Source of the DNA: Lacibacter sp.
GTDB taxonomy: Bacteria > Bacteroidota > Bacteroidia > Chitinophagales > Chitinophagaceae
Length of the DNA stretch: 64,000 nt
Assembly (NCBI GenBank): GCA_050916065.1
Contig: CP051137.1
Location: 1,846,561-1,910,560, forward strand
Direction: 5' to 3'
The notes below the pieces were generated by a model. The model was not told the DNA's origin and searched no databases. It saw only the letters and a list, made by a program, of their open reading frames with translations. Each line of letters begins with the position of its first letter. The stretch's first letter is position 1. Position numbers and translations under genes: made by a program. Below are positions 1-9,424 of the stretch, one piece after another.

Positions 1-81
1 CCGCCCCTAAAGGGGGAACTGCATGGCACAGGACCAGCTTGATTAAGAGTATGATTAAACTTTGATTTTACTTCTTATACG

Positions 82-151
82 TTTTGACTTTTTACTTTTG
101 AATTTCGTTTTATTTATTTGGTTCTTGATTTTTTGTTCTTGGAATTTTCTC
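82..151. repeat. Degenerate 7-bp tandem array upstream of fmt
   Basis: In-phase units TTTTGAC TTTTTAC TTTTGAA TTTCGTT TTATTTA TTTGGTT CTTGATT TTTTGTT CTTGGAA. Confidence 0.6.
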
Positions 152-155
152 TTCA

Positions 156-1160
156 ATGAAAGCTACTGATTTACGAATTGTTTTTATGGGTACGCCTGAG
201 TTTGCGGTAGCCAGTTTGGATGCACTGGTAAAAGCCGGATGCAACATTGTGGGTGTTGTTACTGCGCCTGATAAACCTGCCGGCAGGGGTATGAAGCTAA
301 ATGAAAGTGCGGTGAAAAAATATGCAGTGGAGCACGGATTACATGTGCTGCAACCCGAAAAATTAAAGAACCCTGTTTTTATTGATGAACTGAAAGTGCT
401 AAAAGCAGATTTGCAGATTGTAGTGGCCTTTCGCATGTTACCTGAAGTGGTTTGGAATATGCCGCCGATGGGTACCATTAATGTACATGGAAGTTTATTA
501 CCGCAATACCGTGGTGCCGCTCCTATTAACTGGGCAGTAATAAATGGTGAACAAGAAACAGGCGTCACTACATTTAAACTAAAACACGAAATTGATACAG
601 GTGATATTCTGTTGCAGCAATCATTTTCTATTGGTGAAGATGAAACAGCAGGTGAAGTGCATGACCGCATGAAAGAGATTGGCGCAGCTTTGCTGGTGAA
701 GACGGTGAAAGGATTGGCAGAAGGGACATTGAAAGAAAGACCACAGACGTCAGAACATAGACCACAGCCCACAGTCGACAGTCCACAGTTGATTACAGGT
801 GCACTACCGTCGTCTGTCGAACGTGAACCATCGACCACTCTAAAACATGCACCAAAAATTTTTACAGAAACCTGCAAGATTGATTTTTCAAAAACGGTAG
901 AGGAAGTGCATAATCTCATTCGTGGGCTCTCTCCTTTTCCCGGTGCGTTTACGGAGTTGAATGGAAAGATGCTGAAGATCTATCGGTCGAAGAAAGAAAC
1001 CTCCCCTAACTCCTACCAGGGAGGGGAATTAGTGACTGATAACAAAACCTTTCTCAAATTCAGTTGCAGTAATGGATATGTGCATGTATTGGAACTTCAA
1101 TTAGAAGGAAAGAAGAGAATGAGTGTGGAAGAGTTTTTGAGAGGATACAGATTTCAGTAA
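156..1160 (+). CDS. fmt: Methionyl-tRNA formyltransferase (with linker insertion)
   Basis: RIVFMGTPEFA, VVTAPDKPAGRG, NVHGSLLPQYRGAAPINWA, IRGLSPFPGA motifs. Confidence 0.97.
   Translation: MKATDLRIVFMGTPEFAVASLDALVKAGCNIVGVVTAPDKPAGRGMKLNESAVKKYAVEHGLHVLQPEKLKNPVFIDELKVLKADLQIVVAFRMLPEVVWNMPPMGTINVHGSLLPQYRGAAPINWAVINGEQETGVTTFKLKHEIDTGDILLQQSFSIGEDETAGEVHDRMKEIGAALLVKTVKGLAEGTLKERPQTSEHRPQPTVDSPQLITGALPSSVEREPSTTLKHAPKIFTETCKIDFSKTVEEVHNLIRGLSPFPGAFTELNGKMLKIYRSKKETSPNSYQGGELVTDNKTFLKFSCSNGYVHVLELQLEGKKRMSVEEFLRGYRFQ
738..835. repeat. 7-bp tandem array plus imperfect inverted arm, in frame inside fmt
   Basis: AGACCAC AGACGTC AGAACAT AGACCAC AGCCCAC AGTCGAC AGTCCAC AGTTGAT (738-793), then CGTCGTC TGTCGAA CGTGAAC CATCGAC (808-835). 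Confidence 0.8.
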
Positions 1161-1195
1161 AAACATATGGGGCACATATGCTGTACCCCATGTTT
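1161..1195. terminator. Probable bidirectional terminator between convergent fmt and LysM gene
   Basis: ATGGGGCACA...TGTACCCCAT hairpin. Confidence 0.55.
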
Positions 1196-1214
1196 AGAAA
1201 ACTTTATTAAGTAG

Positions 1215-2222
1215 TTATTTCCCCCACACCAATTCCGCATTAAACTTTTCAGCACTGATGCCAAGTTGTGAAGCAGCCGCATTACTTAATAAAAACAATG
1301 CACTGCTGTTGGGTGTTGTCTCCTTTACACCTGCAAGCACTTTAGCATAAATCGCTTTACCGTTGGCAGGATTCCGTACCATCACAATCGTTCCTTTTTC
1401 AAGGTTATCCATCAACACATAATATTTTCCATCGCTCCAGCCGCTGGTACTTTTGAAGGTAGCGCCAGTACCGCTGGCATTGGAAGTATTACGTCCGTTA
1501 TTGCTTTGCTTGTTATATTCATCCTTAAAAAATCCATTGCCTTCATAGGAAACAGGTGCAGGTTGTGTTTTGGGTTCTTCCTTAACTACAGGCTTGGGCT
1601 CTTCTTTTTTAGGTTCGGTCTTGGGCTCAAATTTTGGGTCAACCTTTGGTTCTTCTTTCTTTGGCTCCTCTTTTACCACTGGCTTGGGTTGTTCTTTTTT
1701 GGGCTCCTGTTTTACCATCGGAGGTTCCTGTCTGCTCATGCCTTGTGCCGCCAACGGAGATAATGTTTTGTCCACTTTCAAAAAACCAATGATGATTTTT
1801 TTGCCCGTACTCACTGCATCGCTGCTCAAATTGTTCCAACTGCGGAGTGTAGCGTTATCTGTTTTAAAAATTTTGCTGATGGTTGAAAGATTTTCACCTG
1901 CATTTGTTGTGTAATACAAAGGCAGCACCACTTCATTTTCTTTGCGGCTTCCGCTTTGCCAGAAGTTTTGCTCATTGAGCGGAATACGTAATGACTGCCC
2001 GATGCTTAAAGAGCTGCTTAATTCCAAACCGTTATAAGGCGCAAATACTCTGGGGCTGATGTTATAGATACGACCTACACTGTAAAAATTTTCTTTGGGC
2101 GCCAATGTATGAACGAGGTAAGGTTGATTCTTACTATCGAGCTGAACAGTTAAAGGTGTAGTTTGAGCTGTAACTATTACACAAATTAACGTCAAAAGAA
2201 AAGTAACAAAGGTTCGCTTCAT
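1215..2222 (-). CDS. Secreted LysM peptidoglycan-binding protein with EPK-rich linker and possible RlpA/DPBB-like C-terminus
   Basis: Signal peptide; two LysM-like segments (HTLAPKENFYSVGRIYN, GENLSTISKIF..LRSWNNL); KEEPK repeats; GTIVMVRNPANGKAIYAKV. Confidence 0.8.
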   Translation of the reverse strand: MKRTFVTFLLTLICVIVTAQTTPLTVQLDSKNQPYLVHTLAPKENFYSVGRIYNISPRVFAPYNGLELSSSLSIGQSLRIPLNEQNFWQSGSRKENEVVLPLYYTTNAGENLSTISKIFKTDNATLRSWNNLSSDAVSTGKKIIIGFLKVDKTLSPLAAQGMSRQEPPMVKQEPKKEQPKPVVKEEPKKEEPKVDPKFEPKTEPKKEEPKPVVKEEPKTQPAPVSYEGNGFFKDEYNKQSNNGRNTSNASGTGATFKSTSGWSDGKYYVLMDNLEKGTIVMVRNPANGKAIYAKVLAGVKETTPNSSALFLLSNAAASQLGISAEKFNAELVWGK

Positions 2223-2357
2223 GGAATTTGTATTTTCAGGGCAAAGATGCAGAAATATCAGGCTCCGTCAAAACCTAAACTCAAGCAGCATGAACGCCAA
2301 AGCCAGACACTTATTTTTCTTTCCTGCTAATTCATCTTTCTTTAACATTGTATTGAA

Positions 2358-2984
2358 ATGAGTAAACAAAAGTTTTATGTGGTGTGGAAGGGAAAAGAAC
2401 CCGGCATTTACCATAACTGGAATGATTGCAAAGCGCAGGTAGATGGTTTTACAGGCGCAGCTTACAAGGCGTTTCCGACAAAAATGGAAGCTGAAATTGC
2501 CTTCAATGAGCATTTTGCCAAACACATCTACAAAAAAGACAAAGAAGAACCGAAAGTAAAAGCAGGAGTTGGCACACCCATACACGACAGTATTGTAGTT
2601 GATGCTGCCTGGAACAGTGTGCAGAAAGATATGGAGTACCAGGGCATTCTGTATAAAACCAATACCCGTATTTTTCACCAGGGACCTTTTGCAAACGGTA
2701 CCAATAATATCGGTGAATTTTTAGCTATTGTGCACGCTTTAGGTTATTGCAAAAAACACAACCTTACAGTAATCCCTATTTACAGCGACAGCCGTAATGC
2801 CATTGCATGGGTAAAAGCCAAAAAATGCAAAACCAACCTTGAAGTAAATGCTAAAACAAAACATATTCATGATTTAATTACCCGTGCTGAGCATTGGCTT
2901 GCCAACAACAACTATAAAAACAAAATATTAAAATGGGAAACAAGCAGTTGGGGTGAAAATCCTGCTGACTTCGGGCGGAAGTAA
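2358..2984 (+). CDS. rnhA: Ribonuclease HI with N-terminal viroplasmin/hybrid-binding domain
   Basis: KFYVVWKGKEPGIY..W; VDAA, GTNNIGEFLAIVH, IYSDS, WGENPADFGRK. Confidence 0.93.
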   Translation: MSKQKFYVVWKGKEPGIYHNWNDCKAQVDGFTGAAYKAFPTKMEAEIAFNEHFAKHIYKKDKEEPKVKAGVGTPIHDSIVVDAAWNSVQKDMEYQGILYKTNTRIFHQGPFANGTNNIGEFLAIVHALGYCKKHNLTVIPIYSDSRNAIAWVKAKKCKTNLEVNAKTKHIHDLITRAEHWLANNNYKNKILKWETSSWGENPADFGRK

Positions 2985-2986
2985 TC

Positions 2987-4345
2987 TTAGGATTTAAGAA
3001 TCCTCCATTCTTTCGGATAATAATTATTGATACGATTGCCCAGCAGTTTCATCCATCCGAGATTCATTCCTTGATACGTTGCCAATGCCCAGCCTTTGTG
3101 CGATGATTCTAATTGCAAATCGTTTTTGCGGAGATAGGTTAATGCCTGCTCTTCATTTAGTTCAACAGCATAAATATTTTTATTGATTAGCGTGCTTAAT
3201 GCCAATGCATGCTCCGGCAACAAATCATTTTTGGCAATAGTGCCGAGCTCTGTTCCTGCATAACGCACTTTCAACTCCTGCATGAGGTATTGAATGGTGT
3301 GATGCCATGCAGCAGGAACTGCAGCTATATTTTGTCCCTGTAAGATGAAGGATATATCCTCGGTTGATTGCAACCACTTTGCTGCAATCTGTACATCCTG
3401 TTTTGATGGAACCGCTTCTTTTTTAATTTTCATCCGCAGTTCAGCTGTTGCGTCTTTTTTCCGGAACGCTGCAATAAAAAAACCTTCACCTTTTACTTTA
3501 TACGGCCAGAATCGATAGCCATAAGCACCTGTTACAGTTTGCACTTCGTCAATACCCCACTCCTCTTCTACCTTCAACCTTATGCCTTCCACCTTTAACC
3601 TTTGCACCGTCCAATCCAATATTTCTTCATCTTCTTCTGTTGAATAGGAACAGGTAGAATAAATGAGCACACCATCTTCTTTCAAACAATTCCATGCATC
3701 GGCAAGGATACGTTGCTGACGTTGCGAACAGAGTTGCACGTTGGCTTCACTCCATTCATTGATGGCTTCGGGGTCACGACGGAAGAGTCCGCTGCCGCTG
3801 CAAGGCGCATCAATCACCACAACATCAAACAATCCGCTGAGCTTTGTAAAATCTTTTGGGTCATTGTTAGTTACAACAACGTTGCTGCTGCCCCATTTGA
3901 TTAAATTTTCTTTGAGGATGTTTACCCGTGACTGAATCACTTCATTACTCACCAATAAACTTTCTTTGCTGATGATGCTTTGCAACAATGTTGATTTACC
4001 GCCGGGTGCTGCACATAAATCCAACACAAGTAGTGGTTGAGAAATATCAGTTGTTTGCTTTACTGCTTGTTCTAAAAACATAGAACTGGCTTCCTGCACA
4101 TAGTAGGTACCTGCATGAAACAATGGGTCGAGTGTGAAGGAAGGACGTTGATGAAGATAGTAGCCGAGAGAAGACCAGAGAACTGATGAATGGATAATGG
4201 ATAATGGATAATTATTGACAGCCTTTAATGGGTTGATACGTATGGATGTAATTTGTTCACCGCTTTGATGAATGTTGATGAATGCAGTTTCATCAAAACC
4301 TTTGACGTTACTTAGCGAATTGATTAAGGAAATCGGAAGATTCAT
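2987..4345 (-). CDS. RsmF/NOL1/NOP2/Sun family rRNA m5C methyltransferase
   Basis: YVQEASSM, LDLCAAPGGKS, DAPCSGSG, IYSTCS motifs; C-terminal NNYYPKEWRI. Confidence 0.92.
   Translation of the reverse strand: MNLPISLINSLSNVKGFDETAFINIHQSGEQITSIRINPLKAVNNYPLSIIHSSVLWSSLGYYLHQRPSFTLDPLFHAGTYYVQEASSMFLEQAVKQTTDISQPLLVLDLCAAPGGKSTLLQSIISKESLLVSNEVIQSRVNILKENLIKWGSSNVVVTNNDPKDFTKLSGLFDVVVIDAPCSGSGLFRRDPEAINEWSEANVQLCSQRQQRILADAWNCLKEDGVLIYSTCSYSTEEDEEILDWTVQRLKVEGIRLKVEEEWGIDEVQTVTGAYGYRFWPYKVKGEGFFIAAFRKKDATAELRMKIKKEAVPSKQDVQIAAKWLQSTEDISFILQGQNIAAVPAAWHHTIQYLMQELKVRYAGTELGTIAKNDLLPEHALALSTLINKNIYAVELNEEQALTYLRKNDLQLESSHKGWALATYQGMNLGWMKLLGNRINNYYPKEWRILKS
3564..3605. repeat. 7-bp tandem array inside rsmF-like CDS
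   Basis: TCTTCTA CCTTCAA CCTTATG CCTTCCA CCTTTAA CCTTTGC; encodes QRLKVEGIRLKVEE. Confidence 0.65.
4184..4218. repeat. 7-bp tandem array inside rsmF-like CDS
   Basis: TGATGAA (TGGATAA)x3 TTATTGA; encodes NNYPLSIIHSS. Confidence 0.75.
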
Positions 4346-4844
4346 TACTTAACGGCGCTTCTTTTGGCGAAGTTGAGCTTTTTATTAATGTAATTGCGAA
4401 AAAAAAGAGCGCAACAAAATAAAACAACAACAATAACATTGTTGAAACCGGGTAAATTATAACATTACCAATTCTTGCAGCATCAGATATTGTACCATTT
4501 GACGTTGGCATTTTAAAAAGTGGAGCACTTAAAGGAACAGGAACTAATGCAACAAATGATAACCAAATATGCGCTCTGCAATAAAAAACATTGACATATC
4601 TCCGTCGGTAAATGAAATACACAGTTGCAGTTACTATAGTTATTAAAACACAAATCAAACCTATTTTAGTTTGTATGTCAAAAATTAATGACCACGCTAT
4701 CGGATATTGATAAGAATACTTTTTTTGTAATACCATTAATGATAAAACTCTTGAACAAATTGAATAAACCCAGAAAATAATTATGATAGAACTGACGATA
4801 AAAGGAAACCGCAGGAATCTATTTTGATACTTCATACTATTCAA
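4308..4844 (-). CDS. Hypothetical membrane protein (about 4 TM), AT-rich
   Basis: 178-aa ORF with four hydrophobic stretches filling the pntB-rsmF gap; 38-nt overlap with rsmF start. Confidence 0.6.
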   Translation of the reverse strand: MNSMKYQNRFLRFPFIVSSIIIIFWVYSICSRVLSLMVLQKKYSYQYPIAWSLIFDIQTKIGLICVLITIVTATVYFIYRRRYVNVFYCRAHIWLSFVALVPVPLSAPLFKMPTSNGTISDAARIGNVIIYPVSTMLLLLFYFVALFFFAITLIKSSTSPKEAPLSNESSDFLNQFAK

Positions 4845-4922
4845 AAGAAGATTTATATGTATAGATTCTGGCCAATTGTCTATTTAAATCAATCGCCATC
4901 AGACGAGGACGTCAGATGGCTC

Positions 4923-6341
4923 TTACAAATTCTTCACCTCTGCAATCAAATCCTGCAATACTTTTTTACTATCGCCAAACAACATGCTTGTTTTGGGACG
5001 GAAAAACAAATCATTTTCTATACCTGCATAGCCGGGCTTCATGCTTCGTTTGTTTACAATTACATTCTTTGCCAGTTCTACATCCAGGATGGGCATTCCG
5101 TAAATAGGTGAAGAAGGGTCAGTTTTTGCAGCAGGGTTTACCACATCATTGGCACCAAGAATCAATACCGCATCAGTTGAGGCAAATTCATCATTTGCTT
5201 CTTCCATTTCTTTGAGCAAATCATAACTCACATCTGCTTCGGCCAATAATACATTCATGTGGCCGGGCATACGACCGGCAACCGGATGAATGGCATATTT
5301 TACTTCCACACCTTTCTCCGCCAATAATTTTTCCAATTCATGACAGGCATGTTGCGCCTGCGCTACTGCCAAACCATAACCGGGAACGATATATACTCTG
5401 TTTGAATAGGAAAGCAATACAGCAGTATCGCTTAATGAAATTTCTTTGTACGTGCCTTGTGCTTTTGCTCCGCCGCTTGCTGCACTGCTGCCACCAAAGT
5501 TGCCGATGAGTACATTCGTCAACGAACGGTTCATGGCTTTACACATCAATATAGTGAGCAATGTACCTGCAGCACCCACCAGAATACCACCGGTGAGCAT
5601 GGCTTTGTTATCATACAAAAATCCACCACAGGCTGCTGCCACACCTGTGAATGAGTTGAGCAAAGAAATTACAACGGGCATATCTGCACCGCCGATGGGC
5701 ATAACGAAGAAGATACCGTAGATAATTGATAATGCAAGAATCACATAAAAGTATAAAATGGTTTCTTCGGGTCTTGCAATTAAGATAAATGCTGTTAAAC
5801 CAATCAACACTAACAGCATCAGAATATTAAATACATGCTGGCCTTTGAACGAAAAATCTTTTACTCTTCCATCAAGCTTACCCCACGCAACCATACTACC
5901 TGCAAATGAAACAGAACCAATAATAAGTCCTGCCATAATTATAAGTAATGTTGTTCCATCCAATGAACTGAAGAATGTAAAATCATCAGGATTATAATTA
6001 TGTACCAAATGGTCAAACTCTACAATTGAAATCAATGCAGCACAAGCACCACCCATACCGTTAAATAAACTTACCATTTGCGGCATTGCAGTCATCTTCA
6101 CTTTCTTGGCTGCCAATGTTCCAACAACTGAACCGATAATTAACCCTCCGAAAATCCAAGCATAATTTCCCAACTTCACACCATCTTCTTCATACAAAAA
6201 GATGGTGGCTAATATGGCAATAACCATTCCCCCTGCTGCAATCAAATTGCCTTTGCGTGCAGTAGCAGGATTGGAGAGCATTTTTAATCCAAGAATAAAT
6301 GTTACTGAAGCGATGAGATATGATATGATGAGTATGTTCAT
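4923..6341 (-). CDS. pntB: NAD(P) transhydrogenase subunit beta
   Basis: MTAMPQMV, IGGADMPVVISLLNS, VPGYGLAVAQAQH, HPVAGRMPGHMNVLLAEA. Confidence 0.97.
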   Translation of the reverse strand: MNILIISYLIASVTFILGLKMLSNPATARKGNLIAAGGMVIAILATIFLYEEDGVKLGNYAWIFGGLIIGSVVGTLAAKKVKMTAMPQMVSLFNGMGGACAALISIVEFDHLVHNYNPDDFTFFSSLDGTTLLIIMAGLIIGSVSFAGSMVAWGKLDGRVKDFSFKGQHVFNILMLLVLIGLTAFILIARPEETILYFYVILALSIIYGIFFVMPIGGADMPVVISLLNSFTGVAAACGGFLYDNKAMLTGGILVGAAGTLLTILMCKAMNRSLTNVLIGNFGGSSAASGGAKAQGTYKEISLSDTAVLLSYSNRVYIVPGYGLAVAQAQHACHELEKLLAEKGVEVKYAIHPVAGRMPGHMNVLLAEADVSYDLLKEMEEANDEFASTDAVLILGANDVVNPAAKTDPSSPIYGMPILDVELAKNVIVNKRSMKPGYAGIENDLFFRPKTSMLFGDSKKVLQDLIAEVKNL

Positions 6342-6365
6342 GTTTCGATTATTAAAGAGTACTGA

Positions 6366-6674
6366 TTATTTCTTTTTCTTAAACATTTCCAGCATCCGGT
6401 CTGTCACTACAAAACCACCAACTACATTGAGCGTCCCCACGATCACAGCAATAAAGCCGAGGATGAGTGCTAAATAATTATCAGCTTCTGCCTTACCCAT
6501 TACAATGATAGCGCCGATGATAACCACACCATGTATGGCATTGGCACCACTCATTAAGGGTGTGTGTAATACTGCAGGCACCCGACCAATCACTTCAATA
6601 CCTACAAAAATCATGAGGATTACGATGTAAATCATCTGCTGATGGATGGAGAAGAAAGAAAGAAAATTATCCAT
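6366..6674 (-). CDS. pntAb: NAD(P) transhydrogenase subunit alpha part 2 (membrane)
   Basis: VPAVLHTPLMSGANAIHG, NVVGGFVVTDRMLEMF. Confidence 0.95.
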   Translation of the reverse strand: MDNFLSFFSIHQQMIYIVILMIFVGIEVIGRVPAVLHTPLMSGANAIHGVVIIGAIIVMGKAEADNYLALILGFIAVIVGTLNVVGGFVVTDRMLEMFKKKK

Positions 6675-6704
6675 ATAGTTATACTGTTAAAAAGTTTGCT
6701 CAAA

Positions 6705-6772
6705 AGAATTAAAAACGATGAAGAGTGCGACGCAACAGAAGCTTCATAGCAGCACTTCAGCTTGTAACACAA
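6705..6772 (+). repeat. Dispersed intergenic element, copy A
   Basis: AAGAGTGCGACGCAACAGAAGCT (6721-6743) is identical to the reverse complement of 52086-52108. Confidence 0.85.
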
Positions 6773-6774
6773 CA

Positions 6775-7872
6775 TTACTTCATTCGCTCATGCACTACCG
6801 CTCCATTATGTGTTACACAACATCCTTTCACCAAATCATCTTCAAAATTTAAGTTGATCTTGCCTTCTTTGTCAACAATCAGTTGCAGAAAGTTGAAAAT
6901 ATTTTTTCCGTACAACTTACTTGCATCACTGGGCATAGTGGCCTGCAAATTACTGTTACCCATAATGGAAACACCATTGTATAAAACCGTTTCATTGTTT
7001 TTTGTAAACGGTGTATTACCACCGGTTGCCGCAGCTAAATCAATAATCACAGAACCGTTGCGCATCTTATGAAGGGTTTCTTCAGTTACAAGCACCGGTG
7101 CTTTCTTGCCGGGAATTTGTGCCGTTGTAATAATGATATCAGCCTTTGCTGCACTTTCCGAAATTTTTTGCTGTTGTTTTTGTTTGTACTCTTCCGTTTG
7201 CTCCACTGCATATCCACCTGCAGCACTTGCATCAGCTGCGCCTTCCACTTCAATAAACTTTGCACCCAGGCTCATTACTTCTTCTTTTACTGCGGGGCGA
7301 GTATCAAATACTTCCACCACTGCACCCAAACGCTTGGCCGTTGCAATGGCCTGCAAGCCTGCAACTCCTGCACCGAGTATCAACAACTTTGCAGGTGCAA
7401 TACTTCCTGCCGCTGTCATAAACATAGGAAAGTAACGGCCATAGTTAGCCGCCGCCATCAGGACCGCCTTGTAACCTGCAATGTTTGCCTGAGAACTTAA
7501 CACATCCATACTTTGTGCACGTGTGGTGCGTGGAAGCATGTCCATGGAAAAAACAGTGGTATTATTACCTGCAAAAGTTTTCATGGCATCCACATTCATC
7601 AATGGTTGATAAACGCCGATTAAAATCTTATTGCTGATACTATCAGCAGGTTGATGAATGCTTAACAATACATCAGCGGCAGCCATTACTTCGCTTCTGC
7701 TTTTTACGGAAGCCCCTGCTGAAGTATAATCAGCATCAGCAGCAAAAGCTTTAGCTCCTGCGCCTTCTTCCACCACTACCTGTATATTTTTTTTAATGAG
7801 AGCGGATACGGTTTCGGGCAACAATGAAACTCTTGTTTCAAAGCCCGGTTCTTTTAACACACCAAGAATCAT
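6775..7872 (-). CDS. pntAa: NAD(P) transhydrogenase subunit alpha part 1
   Basis: ETRVSL, PRTTRAQSMDVLSSQANIAGY, GAGVAGLQAIATAKRLGA. Confidence 0.96.
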   Translation of the reverse strand: MILGVLKEPGFETRVSLLPETVSALIKKNIQVVVEEGAGAKAFAADADYTSAGASVKSRSEVMAAADVLLSIHQPADSISNKILIGVYQPLMNVDAMKTFAGNNTTVFSMDMLPRTTRAQSMDVLSSQANIAGYKAVLMAAANYGRYFPMFMTAAGSIAPAKLLILGAGVAGLQAIATAKRLGAVVEVFDTRPAVKEEVMSLGAKFIEVEGAADASAAGGYAVEQTEEYKQKQQQKISESAAKADIIITTAQIPGKKAPVLVTEETLHKMRNGSVIIDLAAATGGNTPFTKNNETVLYNGVSIMGNSNLQATMPSDASKLYGKNIFNFLQLIVDKEGKINLNFEDDLVKGCCVTHNGAVVHERMK

Positions 7873-8036
7873 GTAAACGTTGGTTTATTATATGGTGAAA
7901 ATAAGTAAAAAACAGATGAGAAATCAAACCCACCCCTTTCAGACAGTATGATTTGTTTTAGCTCTTGCCGCCACTCCCGGGAGGGGATGAACAGGCTGTT
8001 GCATTTCATTCGTGACTTTGCGCCTTAACAGAAAAA

Positions 8037-8828
8037 TCAAAATCGTATCATAAAATGCTCCTTCTCCTTTTGTTCTGTTCTGAAAAAAACCAACCCGATG
8101 AAAAACAAATCAATCGTTAAGGTTACTGATGAATGACTTTTGATTTCTTCCCAAACCTCTTCCATTTCTTTACTCCAGTGAATATCATCAAATACCATTA
8201 CCGTATTGTTGTGTACACAGGGAATCAATTGATTAAAATAACGTAGTGTGGGTTCTTTACGATGGTTGCCATCAACAAAGATGAAGTCGTAATTTTTAGC
8301 TGCAACAGCTTGCAGTGTTTCATCAAAATTGCCTGTAACTGTTTTGATATTCTTTAATTGAAGTGTATCAAAAGTTTGTTGCGCCAATGCAGCAATGGAA
8401 GCAGCACCTTCCAACGTTGTAACCTGCGATTGTTTAGCAGCGCTTGCAAGGTAAGATGTTGTAATACCAAGAGAAGTACCCAGTTCCAATACTTCTTTTG
8501 ATTCAAAATACTTCACCAATCTATACAGCAATTGTGCATACTTTCTTGGCTTGAGCGATGAGGCTGCTATCTGCTGCACCACCCTTTGCTTCTTTAGTCC
8601 TTTTACAGAGCCGGCGCCAAAATCATCTACTTCAATAATGGATTCATTACCCAGCAGTAAACTTCGCTGTTCCTCAATTCGTTTATATTCAGGATAGTTT
8701 GTTTTATCATTCAGCACCTGTGTAACCAGGTTGAAAACAAAAGGCGAATGAATTCCATGACCCTTACCGTTGGCAGCCATAAAGTAATAACGAAGATATT
8801 TAGCAGCAAGTTGAAAGGAAGAATACAT
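8037..8828 (-). CDS. Class I SAM-dependent (O-)methyltransferase
   Basis: HGIHSPFV, LELGTSLGITT, FVDGNH, FDDIHWS. Confidence 0.88.
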   Translation of the reverse strand: MYSSFQLAAKYLRYYFMAANGKGHGIHSPFVFNLVTQVLNDKTNYPEYKRIEEQRSLLLGNESIIEVDDFGAGSVKGLKKQRVVQQIAASSLKPRKYAQLLYRLVKYFESKEVLELGTSLGITTSYLASAAKQSQVTTLEGAASIAALAQQTFDTLQLKNIKTVTGNFDETLQAVAAKNYDFIFVDGNHRKEPTLRYFNQLIPCVHNNTVMVFDDIHWSKEMEEVWEEIKSHSSVTLTIDLFFIGLVFFRTEQKEKEHFMIRF

Positions 8829-8830
8829 TG

Positions 8831-8924
8831 AAATGAAAAATCAGTAATTACAAATTAAAAATGAGAAAGCAAATACAGAAATAGCCTACCTTTTTATTTT
8901 ACATTTTTCATTTTTCATTTCTTA
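8831..8924. repeat. Inverted pair of 7-bp tandem arrays overlapping the folA stop
   Basis: AAATGAA AAATCAG TAATTAC AAATTAA AAATGAG ... CTTTTTA TTTTACA TTTTTCA TTTTTCA TTTCTTA. Confidence 0.7.
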
Positions 8925-9424
8925 TTCTCTTTCCGCTCCCACACCTGTATAGAAAATGAATACGCATGTTTTTCATCCGCATTAAAATCATTGTTCTTAA
9001 CCAACTCCCACTCTTCTACATTAATGTCAGGGAAAAATGTATCGGCTTCAAAATGCGCATGCACACGGGTCATGTATATGCGATGAGCGATTGGCATTGA
9101 TTGTTCATAAATCTGTGCACCACCTACTATAAAAATTTCATTGCAGTGTAATTGTTTGGATTGTTCAATTGCTTGTTCCAAAGATTTGGCCCACCACACT
9201 TCACCTTCTGTTGATACTTGTGCATTTCTGGAGATGATGATGTTTTGCCGACCGGGCAATGGTTTGCTGTTGACCGATTCAAATGTTTTACGGCCCATTA
9301 TTACGGGCATAGCCCAGGTAGTATTCTTGAAAAACTTTAAATCAACCGGCAAATGCCAGAGCAATTGATTGTTTTTGCCAATGGCATTATTGGTACTGGC
9401 TGCAACAATTAAACTTATAATCAC
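8915..9424 (-). CDS. folA: Dihydrofolate reductase
   Basis: IGKNNQLLWHLPVDLKFFK, IMGRKTFES, PLPGRQN, IVGGAQIY; GTG start. Confidence 0.97.
   Translation of the reverse strand: MIISLIVAASTNNAIGKNNQLLWHLPVDLKFFKNTTWAMPVIMGRKTFESVNSKPLPGRQNIIISRNAQVSTEGEVWWAKSLEQAIEQSKQLHCNEIFIVGGAQIYEQSMPIAHRIYMTRVHAHFEADTFFPDINVEEWELVKNNDFNADEKHAYSFSIQVWERKENKK

Noticed and set aside
110..919. 269-aa minus-strand ORF
   Set aside because: Antisense shadow of fmt; its tail KIPRTKNQEPNK is only the translated heptamer array.
1570..1715. Repeats in the LysM gene as a DNA element
   Set aside because: Codon-phase EPK/PKPVVKEEPK protein linker repeats, not 7-nt periodic.
4923..7872. Split pntA as a pseudogene
   Set aside because: The three-gene transhydrogenase arrangement is an established natural form, and both parts are intact.
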